Shown here piece after piece: positions 8,302 through 16,538 of a stretch of 64,000 bases of DNA; the stretch's first letter is position 1, and the number at the start of each line of letters is the position of its first letter. This stretch comes from an uncultured Bifidobacteriaceae bacterium. GTDB lineage: Bacteria > Actinomycetota > Thermoleophilia > Miltoncostaeales > Miltoncostaeaceae. Below the pieces are notes generated by a model. The model worked only from the letters and a program-made list of their open reading frames with translations. It was not told where the DNA came from and made no database searches. Both the position numbers and the translations under genes were made by a program. The stretch is taken from assembly GCA_964531025.1 (NCBI GenBank), contig CAZHDY010000002.1, forward strand, positions 167,661-231,660, given 5' to 3'.

Positions 8302-9081
8302 TCACCCGAGCACCTGGAACATGAGGATGGTGACGGCGGTACCCAGCACGGCGCCCGCGACGACCTCCACCGCGGAATGGATGCCCGCCTCGACCCGCGA
8401 CTGGGCGACGAGGAGCGCCATCATGAACGCCAGCGTGGAGACCAGCGCGGCATGGGGCACGTCGGTCGCCAGGATCGTCACCGCGGCCCAACCGGCGAAC
8501 GCGGCCGCGGCGTGGCCGGACGGAAGTCCTCCGCGCAGGGCGGTGCCGCGTCCCGTCGCCGCCTTGATGGCGATTGTGAGCAGGACGGTGACGATGAGCG
8601 CTCCCACCACGATCTGCGAGGGACGGGCATCGAGACGGCCCACCATGTCGAAGCCGTGTTCTGTGAGGTGGTTGTAGAAGACCAGGTACGCGACCACCAC
8701 AGCGTTCACCGTCGCCACCAGCACTGCTCCGGCGGCCACGTCCTTCGCGACCTTGATCAGCGGGTGATAGTGCGTCACGGTGGCGTCGATGGCGGCCTCG
8801 ATGGCCGTGTTGAACATCTCGGCGATGATCACGAGGCTGACCACGCTCACGACGGCGATGAACTCCAGGCGCGTCACTCCCAGCACCAGGGCCAGGATCA
8901 GCGCACCGAGCCCGGCGGCCATGTGGATCCGCATGTTGCGCTGGGTCCGGAGAACGTAGACGATGCCCGCGAACGCCCACGTGAACGACCAGCGGAGCGA
9001 TCCCTGGCGCGGGAGGGGGCTGTCGGATCGACCGAAGAGACGGGCACGGAACCCGGAGGGTTTCTTCTCCTCCCCGCTCAT
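8302..9081 (-). CDS. dgkA: fusion protein: DgkA-type (diacylglycerol/undecaprenol) kinase domain plus PAP2 phosphatase domain
   Basis: Track ORF is 8302..9633. I start it at ATG 9081 (MSGEEKK...), an ATGA overlap with the ybeY stop. DgkA block IIAEMFNTAIEAAIDAT. PAP2 motifs PSGH and SRVEAGIHSAVEV lie in the C-terminal half. Confidence 0.8.
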   Translation of the reverse strand: MSGEEKKPSGFRARLFGRSDSPLPRQGSLRWSFTWAFAGIVYVLRTQRNMRIHMAAGLGALILALVLGVTRLEFIAVVSVVSLVIIAEMFNTAIEAAIDATVTHYHPLIKVAKDVAAGAVLVATVNAVVVAYLVFYNHLTEHGFDMVGRLDARPSQIVVGALIVTVLLTIAIKAATGRGTALRGGLPSGHAAAAFAGWAAVTILATDVPHAALVSTLAFMMALLVAQSRVEAGIHSAVEVVAGAVLGTAVTILMFQVLG

Positions 9082-9482
9082 GAGAGACGATCCACCAGCT
9101 GGTCCTGGAGCTCGAGCATCTCGCCCTGGTCGACCTCGTGGTCGTAGCCGACGAGGTGCAGCAGCCCGTGGACGACCAGCGTGCGGAGGGGTTCCTGCGC
9201 GGCGGCCGGGCAGATGATGATGTCGCCGAGCTCGGGGGCCGGGCCGTCGTCGGGCCATCCGTCGCGCACCGCGGGACCGTCGACGGGGAACGAGAGCACG
9301 TCCGTGGGGCGTGGCTTGTCGCGGTGTTCGCCGTTGATCTCGGCCATACGTTCCTCGGTGACGATCATGAGGCCCAGGCTGGCGCGTTCGATGCCGATCT
9401 CGCCGCAGACCCACCGGGCCGTGTCGGCGAGTGGCACCACATCGACGTCCGGCATCTCCGACGAGGCCTCGACCTCGATCAT
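9078..9482 (-). CDS. ybeY: rRNA maturation endoribonuclease YbeY
   Basis: VVHGLLHLVGYDH zinc motif. 134 aa. ATGA overlap with phoH upstream. Confidence 0.9.
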   Translation of the reverse strand: MIEVEASSEMPDVDVVPLADTARWVCGEIGIERASLGLMIVTEERMAEINGEHRDKPRPTDVLSFPVDGPAVRDGWPDDGPAPELGDIIICPAAAQEPLRTLVVHGLLHLVGYDHEVDQGEMLELQDQLVDRLS

Positions 9483-10432
9483 CGACCGTTCTCGTCGGCG
9501 ATGCGGTAGGCCTCGACGATCTCCTGCACGAGGCGGTGTCGCACCACGTCGTCACGGTTGAAGCGCACGAACGCGACGTCGCTGACCGATTCCAGGATCC
9601 GATCGATGTTGTTGAGCGCGGAAGGCCGATCACGCGGAAGGTCGATCTGCGTGACGTCCCCGGTGACCACCATCGTGGACCGGTAGCCGAGCCGCGTCAG
9701 GAACATCTTCATCTGCTCGCTCGTCGTGTTCTGCGCCTCGTCCAGGATGATGAAGCTGTCGTTCAGCGTGCGGCCGCGCATGAACGCCAGGGGGGCGATC
9801 TCGATCTGGCCGCGTTCGAGGAAGGCCTGCACCTTCTCGGCCTCCAGCATGTCGTGGAGCGCGTCGAACAGCGGGCGCAGGTACGGGTCGACCTTGGCGG
9901 CGATGTCGCCGGGCAGGAAGCCCAGCCGCTCGCCCGCCTCCACCGCCGGCCGGGTCAGGATGATGCGCCCGATCTCCTTGCGGTTCAACGCGGCGGCCGC
10001 GAGTGCGACGGCAAGGTAGGTCTTGCCGGTTCCGGCCGGGCCGATGCCGAAGGTGATCGTGTGGTTGCGGATCGCATCCACGTACCGCTTCTGACCGTCG
10101 GTCTTGGGCGTCACGGCCAGATGACGGTGACGCAGCACCACGTCGCCCAGCATGTCGCCGAGCGGTGCGTGACGGTCGACGGCGCTGACGATGGCCTCGA
10201 CGGTTCCGGGGCCCAGGCCCTCACCCCGTCCGAGGAGCGCGGCGAGGTCCGTGATGGCGCTGGCCGTCGCCTCGACGCGGGCCTCGTCGCCGATCATGGT
10301 GAGCCGGTTCCCGCGCAGGCCGAGGTCCATGCCGAGGCGGTCCTCGAGCGACCTCAGCACGCGGTCGTGCTCACCGGCCAGCTCGACCGCGACGTCGTCG
10401 TTCAGTTCGATGGTTCGTTGATGCATGCTCAC
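9479..10432 (-). CDS. phoH: PhoH-like ATPase
   Basis: GPAGTGKTYLAVALA Walker A and IILDEAQN Walker B. GTG start overlaps the HIT stop (GTGA). Confidence 0.9.
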   Translation of the reverse strand: MSMHQRTIELNDDVAVELAGEHDRVLRSLEDRLGMDLGLRGNRLTMIGDEARVEATASAITDLAALLGRGEGLGPGTVEAIVSAVDRHAPLGDMLGDVVLRHRHLAVTPKTDGQKRYVDAIRNHTITFGIGPAGTGKTYLAVALAAAALNRKEIGRIILTRPAVEAGERLGFLPGDIAAKVDPYLRPLFDALHDMLEAEKVQAFLERGQIEIAPLAFMRGRTLNDSFIILDEAQNTTSEQMKMFLTRLGYRSTMVVTGDVTQIDLPRDRPSALNNIDRILESVSDVAFVRFNRDDVVRHRLVQEIVEAYRIADENGR

Positions 10433-10770
10433 ATGGATTCTGACAAACGCTCGCCGCCCATCACGTGCCAGTGGAGGTGGAACACCGACTGCAGCGCATC
10501 GGGCCCGTGGTTGGTCGTCACCCGGTAGCCCGAGTCGGTGAGGCCGTGCTCGGCGGCCAGATCGGCGATGAACACCGGCATGGTGGCCCGCTCGTCCAGG
10601 GAGAGATCCGACACCTCCGCCACGCTGGCCACATGTGTCTCGGGGATGACGAGAAGGTGGACGGGCGCCTTGGGGCTGATGTCGCGGAACGCCAGGAATC
10701 CGTCACCGCGCTTCACGATGTCGGCGGGGATGTCGCCCTGGGCGATCTTGCAGAAGAGGCAGTCGCTCAT
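10429..10770 (-). CDS. HIT family (histidine triad) protein
   Basis: Track ORF is 10429..11121. The ATG at 10770 (MSDCLFCKIAQGDIPA...) makes an ATGA overlap with the mtaB stop. HLHWHVMGG histidine triad present. Confidence 0.88.
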   Translation of the reverse strand: MSDCLFCKIAQGDIPADIVKRGDGFLAFRDISPKAPVHLLVIPETHVASVAEVSDLSLDERATMPVFIADLAAEHGLTDSGYRVTTNHGPDALQSVFHLHWHVMGGERLSESM

Positions 10771-12011
10771 CGAACGGGTACTCCTTTGAGGTGCTCGCCG
10801 ACCATACCGGCGACGCTCACCGGGACCAGGTCCCCGGGTCCGGCGTCGGTGTCCACGGCGTCGAGGACAAAACGGCTGTAGTCGCTTCCATAGCCGGTGA
10901 GGGTGCCGTCGTCGAGGCGACGCTCCACCAGCACGGTGTCCGTCTGGCCCTTCCGCGCGGCCCGGCGGGCGAAGCCGAGACGGTCCGACAGGTCGCGCAG
11001 GCTCTGGCTGCGTCGCGCCTTCTCGTCCGGCTCCACGCGGTCGCCGAGGTCGGCGGCGACGGTACCGGGACGCGGCGAGAACGGGAAGACGTGGATCTTC
11101 CCGAAGGCCAGCTCCTCGCACAGCGCGTGCGTGCGGTCGAAGGCATCCTCGTCCTCGGTCGGAAAGCCGATGATGACGTCGGTGGTGATGTTGACGGTGG
11201 GGATCGCCTGACGGGCCCAGTCGACGGCCTGCACATACGCGTCCATGGTGTAGCTGCGTCCCATCGCGGTGAGGACCCCGTCATCCCCCGACTGGAGCGG
11301 GATGTGGAGGTGGTGGGCGACGGTGTCGGTTGCGGCGAGCGCCTCCACGAAGCGCTCGGTGACGTCGCCGGGCTCGATGGACGAGACCCGCAGCCGCCGC
11401 AGGCCGTCCAGGGCGCCGATGCGACGGACGAGGTCGGCCAGGTCCGCGCCGTCGTCCCCGCGCCAGGTACCGATGTTGATGCCCGTGAGGACCAGTTCCG
11501 GGTGCCCCTCGGCGATGCGGCGACGTGCGTCGCGGAGGATGGCGTCGATGCTCCGGCTCTCGGCGACCCCACGGGTGCGCGGGATGATGCAGAACGAGCA
11601 GTGCTGGTCGCAGCCGTTCTGAACCTTCAGGAAGGCGCGGGTGCGTCCGGCGGGGCGATCGTCGTCATGACATGCCAGCGTGGACGTCGGGCCTCCCAGA
11701 CGCTCCACGATCTCGACGGCGGCGCGGTCGGCGGACCGTCCGACCACCGTGACCGCCTCGCCGAACTGGCCGGCGTTCAGGTTCGCTGCACAGCCGGTGA
11801 CGAAGGTCCGGCCGATGCGCGCGGCCTGGTTGACCTGCTTGCGGCTCTTGCGTTCGCTCTCGAGCGTGAGCGCGCAGGTGTTGACCACGTGGACGTCGGC
11901 CGCATCACGGGTCGTCTCGACATGCCCGGCGTCGGAGAGTGCATCGCGGATCAGCATGGCGTCCGCCTGGCTGACCTTGCATCCGAGGAATCGCACGGAG
12001 AACGTGGCCAT
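10767..12011 (-). CDS. mtaB: radical SAM methylthiotransferase, MtaB (YqeV) type
   Basis: UPF0004 N-terminal domain (VRFLGCKVSQADA), radical SAM CDQHCSFC cluster motif, and a TRAM-like C-terminus. Sits downstream of prmA-rsmE as in Bacillus. Confidence 0.8.
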   Translation of the reverse strand: MATFSVRFLGCKVSQADAMLIRDALSDAGHVETTRDAADVHVVNTCALTLESERKSRKQVNQAARIGRTFVTGCAANLNAGQFGEAVTVVGRSADRAAVEIVERLGGPTSTLACHDDDRPAGRTRAFLKVQNGCDQHCSFCIIPRTRGVAESRSIDAILRDARRRIAEGHPELVLTGINIGTWRGDDGADLADLVRRIGALDGLRRLRVSSIEPGDVTERFVEALAATDTVAHHLHIPLQSGDDGVLTAMGRSYTMDAYVQAVDWARQAIPTVNITTDVIIGFPTEDEDAFDRTHALCEELAFGKIHVFPFSPRPGTVAADLGDRVEPDEKARRSQSLRDLSDRLGFARRAARKGQTDTVLVERRLDDGTLTGYGSDYSRFVLDAVDTDAGPGDLVPVSVAGMVGEHLKGVPVR

Positions 12012-12140
12012 TCAGCCGCCGTGCCTGTCTGATCGCCCGTTCATGGATGGACACGGTACCAATGCGGGGCGTGGGTGGATCCGCCGGGAAAGGTCGTACC
12101 GAGTGTCGTCGGTCCGCGCCGACGGATGGCGCGACGTACG

Positions 12141-12908
12141 TCAGGCACCGGTCGATCCCTGGATCCCGTCCTCCACGTCGCGACCCCACCGGTACGCCTC
12201 GGCGGTGATCGCCGCCGTCACGATGGCCGCCGTCTCGGCGCGCAGGATGCCCTCACCCAGTCGCGCGAGGGCACATCCCGCCTCGCGTGCCCTGGCTATC
12301 TCGTCCTCCGACAGACCGGCATCCGGGCCGATCACCAGGCGTACGGCGCCGCCGCGCACGTCGCGCAGTGCATCCGTGAGCCCGCTTTCGCCGCGAGGAT
12401 CGACGACGACAACGCGGAGGTCGTTGCGGTCGATGATCACATCCTCGAACGGAGCGATCCCGTCGATGTCGGGTGCCACGGCGTGACCCGACTGTCGCAT
12501 GGCCGCCTCGGCCACCCGCAGCATGCGCTCGCGCCGTTTGGAGAACGCGGTGGCGTCGGGCACGCGCCCGGACCGTTCGGAGCGGAAGACGGTGATGCGC
12601 TGGACACCGATCTCGGTGGCCTTCTCGACGGCGGTGTCGAGCCGTCCCCAGTCGGCGAGGCCGAGTGCGAGCTCGACGGGCGGGCGTGACGGGGCGGGTC
12701 GCGGACCGTCGGCCAGCCGCACACGGACCTCGGTGCCGATGTCGGCGACCGCCGCGTCCCAGACGTTCCCGTGCTCGTCCAGGATCTCCACGTCGTCCCC
12801 GATCCCCCGGCGCACGACACGCGTGAGGTGGTGGGCGTCCTCTTCGGCGAGGATCACCGTGATACCGGGTGCGCACCCGTGGACGATGTAGCGGAACCGG
12901 TGCTTCAT
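12141..12908 (-). CDS. rsmE: 16S rRNA (uracil1498-N3)-methyltransferase
   Basis: Track ORF is 12141..13280. The ATG at 12908 (MKHRFRYIV...) makes an ATGA overlap with the prmA stop. RsmE-like blocks LALGLADWGRLDTAVEKATEIGV and LGEGILRAETAAI. Confidence 0.85.
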   Translation of the reverse strand: MKHRFRYIVHGCAPGITVILAEEDAHHLTRVVRRGIGDDVEILDEHGNVWDAAVADIGTEVRVRLADGPRPAPSRPPVELALGLADWGRLDTAVEKATEIGVQRITVFRSERSGRVPDATAFSKRRERMLRVAEAAMRQSGHAVAPDIDGIAPFEDVIIDRNDLRVVVVDPRGESGLTDALRDVRGGAVRLVIGPDAGLSEDEIARAREAGCALARLGEGILRAETAAIVTAAITAEAYRWGRDVEDGIQGSTGA

Positions 12909-13756
12909 TCGCGCGTCAGGAGGACGGCGGCCCAGCCATCGGCGGCCACGACGCGATCGATCCGCATGCCGAGAGCGGCCCACGTCTCGGTGGCGCTGGC
13001 GATATCCGCCTCGACGAAACCGGAGAGGATGGCGACCCGAGGAGTCGTGGCCAGGCGACCGGCGACCTCGCGCACATGCATTCGTGTGATGTTGGCGAGA
13101 ACGATGTCGGCGGCCGGAAGCGCGGCGGTGGTGGCATCGACCGTCGCTGTCGTAATGGCGACGTCGTTCGCCGCCGCGTTGCGTTCGGTGGCCTCGACGG
13201 CCAGAGGGTCGTAGTCGACGGCTGACACCGGGTCGTGTCCCAGCTTCCGCGCCGCGATGGCCAGCACCCCGGAGCCGCAACCCACGTCCAGCACGGCGCC
13301 GGCGGGGATGTCGATGAGGAGCTGCAGGCAGCCTCGCGTGGTGGCGTGCTGTCCGGTCCCGAACGCCATGCCGGGGTCGATGACGACCTCGGGGATGTCG
13401 TCGCGCGCGGGCTCCCAGGGCGGACGGAGGCGGACACGCCCCTCGATCTCGACCGGGACGTGGATGCGGCGCATGGCGTCGCGCCAGTCGTCGTCCTGAG
13501 GTGCCGCGTCGATGGCCACGGCGAGGTCGGCGGCGCCGAAGCGTTCGGTGATGGTCGCGACGGCCACGTCACGGTGACGGGTCGGCACCCAGACCGCGAT
13601 GTGGAGCGCGTCATCCTGACGAGACTCCGACCACCCGGTGTCGGTCACGTCGTCCACCAGCGCACGGGCGATCTCGACCGCGTCCGCCGGGACCGTGAGC
13701 GTCAGGCGGGTGAGATCAGCGGAATCGGTTTCTGAGGCGACCGAAAAGCCCGTCAC
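12905..13756 (-). CDS. prmA: ribosomal protein L11 methyltransferase
   Basis: PrmA blocks IVIDPGMAFGTGQHATTRGCL and VLDVGCGSGVLAIAA. The annotated start overlaps the dnaJ 3' end by 41 nt, so the true start may be further downstream. Confidence 0.82.
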   Translation of the reverse strand: MTGFSVASETDSADLTRLTLTVPADAVEIARALVDDVTDTGWSESRQDDALHIAVWVPTRHRDVAVATITERFGAADLAVAIDAAPQDDDWRDAMRRIHVPVEIEGRVRLRPPWEPARDDIPEVVIDPGMAFGTGQHATTRGCLQLLIDIPAGAVLDVGCGSGVLAIAARKLGHDPVSAVDYDPLAVEATERNAAANDVAITTATVDATTAALPAADIVLANITRMHVREVAGRLATTPRVAILSGFVEADIASATETWAALGMRIDRVVAADGWAAVLLTRE

Positions 13757-14834
13757 CGGATTCCTTCGATTCGACGTGCTCGTCGAGACCGGCCAGGAAC
13801 TCCTTGCCCTCGCGGCTCGTGACCGCGGGAATGTCGACGTCGATCACCACGCGGTGGTTCCCGCGACGCCGTCCCTGGACCTGCGGGAAACCCTTCCCCT
13901 TGATCACCGTCTCGGACAGTGGCTGGACGCCCGCATCGACGGTGATCTCCTCCTCCCCGTCCACCGTGGGAACGGTGACCGTGGTGCCGGTCATGGCCTC
14001 GACCACCGAGATACGGACGTGCGAGACGATGTCCATCTCGTCGCGGTGGAAGCGCTCGTCCTCGGCCACCGACACCTCGATGTAGAGGTCCCCGGCCGGT
14101 GCGCCGGGATCACCGGCGTGTCCCCTGCCGGGCATGCGGATGCGCTGACCGTCGGCGATGCCCGCCGGGATGTCGAGCTCGATGTCCTGTCGCATCATGC
14201 GTCGTCCGATGCCGCGGCAGTCCGAGCACGGCTTCTCGGGCACACGCCCGGCGCCGTTGCAGGTGGGGCACACGCGGCGGCGCACGATCTGGCCGAGCGC
14301 GCTTCGCATGACCTCCTGGACCTGCCCCTGTCCCCCGCACATCTCGCAGGTGGAGACGCTGCTTCCCGGCGCGGCGCCGGTCGCCTCGCATGTGTCGCAG
14401 AGAGAGACGAGGTTGGCCTCGACGGTTCGGGTGACGCCCTGGGCCGACTCCACGAAGCTGATCTCGAGACCGACCAGGTGGTCGTCGCCGGGCTGGCGCG
14501 ATGGGCCGCCTCCGCCACCGAAGATGTCGCCGTTGAAGAGGCTCGAGAAGATGTCCTGGAAGGAGCCGAAGCCCCCCATCGGATCGCCGCCGCCTCCGCC
14601 GCCGTTGAGCCCGGCGTGTCCGAAGCGGTCGTACATCTGACGCCGCTCGGGGTCCGAGAGGACCTCGTAGGCCTCGGCGATTGCCTTGAAGCGCTCCTCC
14701 GCACCGGCGTCCCCGGGGTTCATATCCGGGTGGTTCTCTCGAGCAAGGCGGCGGAAGGCCTTCTTGATCTGTGCGTCGTCGGCGTCACGGGAGACACCGA
14801 GGAGATCGTAGAAATCCTGGCTGGCGGTCGACAC
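13716..14834 (-). CDS. dnaJ: molecular chaperone DnaJ
   Basis: J domain (DFYDLLGVSRDADDAQIKKAFRRLARENHPD), a G-rich region, and four CxxCxGxG zinc repeats. The track starts at GTG 14891. I prefer GTG 14834 (or 14840), which gives MSTASQDFYDLLGV and fits a -10-like TATCCT at 14848-14843. Confidence 0.9.
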   Translation of the reverse strand: MSTASQDFYDLLGVSRDADDAQIKKAFRRLARENHPDMNPGDAGAEERFKAIAEAYEVLSDPERRQMYDRFGHAGLNGGGGGGDPMGGFGSFQDIFSSLFNGDIFGGGGGPSRQPGDDHLVGLEISFVESAQGVTRTVEANLVSLCDTCEATGAAPGSSVSTCEMCGGQGQVQEVMRSALGQIVRRRVCPTCNGAGRVPEKPCSDCRGIGRRMMRQDIELDIPAGIADGQRIRMPGRGHAGDPGAPAGDLYIEVSVAEDERFHRDEMDIVSHVRISVVEAMTGTTVTVPTVDGEEEITVDAGVQPLSETVIKGKGFPQVQGRRRGNHRVVIDVDIPAVTSREGKEFLAGLDEHVESKESGDGLFGRLRNRFR

Positions 14835-14842
14835 GACCACCG

Positions 14843-14848
14843 AGGATA
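14843..14848 (-). promoter_or_regulatory. -10-like hexamer TATCCT placed for a leaderless or near-leaderless dnaJ transcript
   Basis: Minus-strand TATCCT is followed by cggtggtc and then GTG 14834. The same hexamer and spacing logic recurs upstream of murJ (23976-23971). Confidence 0.35.
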
Positions 14849-14902
14849 GCAACGAACTGTGGGAACGCCCGCCTTTCCCTCGTCGACGCACCGCCTGTCG
14901 TC

Positions 14903-15021
14903 CTCGGTGCCAGGCACCCGACGCGACATCTTCCGATCACGAAGGCATGATCATGCTGCAATTCACCTCATTCGGCGCATTCCACGAGGCCGGCCTGTCG
15001 CTGTTGGTGCCTGGCACCGAG
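14903..15021. repeat. perfect 16-nt inverted repeat pair (ctcggtgccaggcacc / ggtgcctggcaccgag) upstream of the RayT gene
   Basis: Arms at 14903-14918 and 15006-15021 are exact reverse complements. Each arm is itself a GGTGCC-N-GGCACC mini-palindrome. The 87-nt spacer contains the 12-bp palindrome gcatgatcatgc (14945-14956). Confidence 0.7.
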
Positions 15022-15103
15022 AGAGACACGTCCCTGAGGAGGACAGCACGAGAATCCCGCAATTTGCGGTAGCCACTCCGCCGCTGAGGGGGTGGAAACG
15101 ATC

Positions 15104-15143
15104 CCGTCAGCCCTTGTCCTAGTGACGGCACAGACAAGGAGGA
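15104..15143 (+). promoter_or_regulatory. two mutually exclusive hairpins, one of which sequesters part of the RayT Shine-Dalgarno
   Basis: ccgtca (15104-15109) pairs with tgacgg (15123-15128). ccttgtc (15112-15118) pairs with gacaagg (15133-15139). SD aaggagga lies at 15136-15143 and the ATG at 15147. Confidence 0.4.
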
Positions 15144-15146
15144 AGC

Positions 15147-15857
15147 ATGGGACGGGCACCCCGACCTCAGGGAGAGGATCTGACGTACCACGTAACGGCC
15201 CGGGGCAACAACCGGAGCAGCATCTTCGAGGACGAGCGCGACAGGTTCACGTTCCTCCGCCTGCTCGAAGACACCCGTCGCCGTCGCTGCTGGCGCGTCC
15301 ATGCCTGGTGTCTCATGGGGAACCACATCCATGTTCTCGTCACCACCAAAGGCCCCGACATCTCCGCCGGTGTCCGCGACGTTCTCGGTGGATACGCACG
15401 GCGGTACAACAGCCACCACGAGAGATCTGGACACCTCTTCGGTCGGCGATTCGGCTCGGTACTGGTGACGTCGGACGAGCAGTTCCTGACGACGGTCCGC
15501 TACATCAATCGGAACCCCGTAGCGGCGGAACTCGTTGCTGCCTCCGATGACTACCCGTGGAGCGGATACGCGTTACGGAGATCGCCGCGTCCCCCGATCC
15601 TGCTCGACGAGATGGTTCTCAGAATGCTCCATCCGGTGGTGTCAACGGCAGACCGCCTGCTGTGCGAACTTGTCGACGGCGAACAGAGGCCCGGCGGAGC
15701 GTCTGCACCTCAACCGGCGATCATCACCCTGGTCCAGGTGATGGGCGAGCGCGCCGCCACGCGAGCAGCTGCCCGACTGGGCTACCGGCGGCGCGAGATC
15801 GCGACGGTACTCGGACGTTCACTGCGCACCGTCGACAGGTACCTACAGCGGGTCTGA
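15147..15857 (+). CDS. REP-associated tyrosine transposase (RayT / TnpA-REP, IS200/IS605 Y1 family) with C-terminal helix-turn-helix
   Basis: HUH motif in WCLMGNHIHVLV and catalytic Tyr region TTVRYINRNPVAAELV. The C-terminal LGYRRREIATVLGRSLRTVDRYLQRV looks like a sigma-r4/LuxR-type HTH. Strong SD. Confidence 0.85.
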   Translation: MGRAPRPQGEDLTYHVTARGNNRSSIFEDERDRFTFLRLLEDTRRRRCWRVHAWCLMGNHIHVLVTTKGPDISAGVRDVLGGYARRYNSHHERSGHLFGRRFGSVLVTSDEQFLTTVRYINRNPVAAELVAASDDYPWSGYALRRSPRPPILLDEMVLRMLHPVVSTADRLLCELVDGEQRPGGASAPQPAIITLVQVMGERAATRAAARLGYRRREIATVLGRSLRTVDRYLQRV

Positions 15858-15879
15858 ACGGCACCGCGCCAGTAGACCT

Positions 15880-16476
15880 TCAGTCCCTCAGGTCGTCGAT
15901 CTCCTCGTCATCGTCGTCCAGATGCGTGGCCAGGTTCGTCCGAGCCGACTCGATCAGCCGGTAGGCGTCCTCAAGCGTGTTGGACTCCAACAGGAACCGG
16001 CAGAGACTGCGGGCGTCCCGGGCTGCCAGGTGATCCACGGCCCCCTCCAGCACCCAGAACGGCGCCGACTCGAGATCCTGGCGCAGCAACTCGACCGCCT
16101 GATGCCCGCATTCCAGCGTGTAGGTCGCGATGGCGTACTGACTGGAGTTCGGCCGGTCCGCCGGCGGCTGCCACGGCACCAGCGGCCCGCTGCGCAGGCC
16201 CTCCGGTTCGATGACCTCGGCCGCGAGCTCGATGTCACGCCACGTGAGATCCACCGGCACGCGCAGATCGAACAGGAGGCTCTCCGCCTCGTCAGGACGA
16301 TCGGCGGCACTGGCGAGAACCGCCGCCACCCAGTGCGCCTCGGCGTACGACAGACCCGTGAAGAGCTTCGCCTCATCCGCCTGGGGATAGAGCTGGGACT
16401 CCGGCTTGCTGGTGATGCCGACCGCGTACTCCTGCGGGCCGATGGCGCCCGCCTCCGTCTTCGCCAGCACCCGCAC
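15880..16476 (-). CDS. hypothetical protein with acidic C-terminal tail
   Basis: 198-aa ORF with normal composition; the alternative frames are Arg-rich junk. I recognise no motif. Ends ...THLDDDDEEIDDLRD. Lies 62 nt downstream of hrcA on the same strand. Confidence 0.6.
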   Translation of the reverse strand: MRVLAKTEAGAIGPQEYAVGITSKPESQLYPQADEAKLFTGLSYAEAHWVAAVLASAADRPDEAESLLFDLRVPVDLTWRDIELAAEVIEPEGLRSGPLVPWQPPADRPNSSQYAIATYTLECGHQAVELLRQDLESAPFWVLEGAVDHLAARDARSLCRFLLESNTLEDAYRLIESARTNLATHLDDDDEEIDDLRD

Positions 16477-16538
16477 CGCCGCCGCGGCACCCGACCGGAG
16501 CGGACGCCGCCAGACCTCGAGAACCTCGAACCGATCGT

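Noticed and set aside
8302-9633. 443-aa ORF, and similar over-long track ORFs (10429..11121, 12141..13280, 56552..57274, 58117..59517).
   Set aside because: The upstream parts overlap the preceding gene's coding sequence and translate to Arg/Pro/Gly-rich junk. Internal starts that make ATGA/GTGA overlaps with the upstream stop give proteins of canonical length.
14937-15434. 165-aa minus-strand ORF opposite the RayT gene.
   Set aside because: It is antisense to an ORF with clear HUH/Tyr transposase motifs. It has no SD and no recognisable domain.
16485-16496. 10-nt match (ggcacccgac) between the hrcA-proximal spacer and the flank of the RayT-upstream inverted repeat. It could mark a cassette boundary.
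   Set aside because: It is too short to distinguish from chance in GC-rich sequence, and there is no hairpin at this site.
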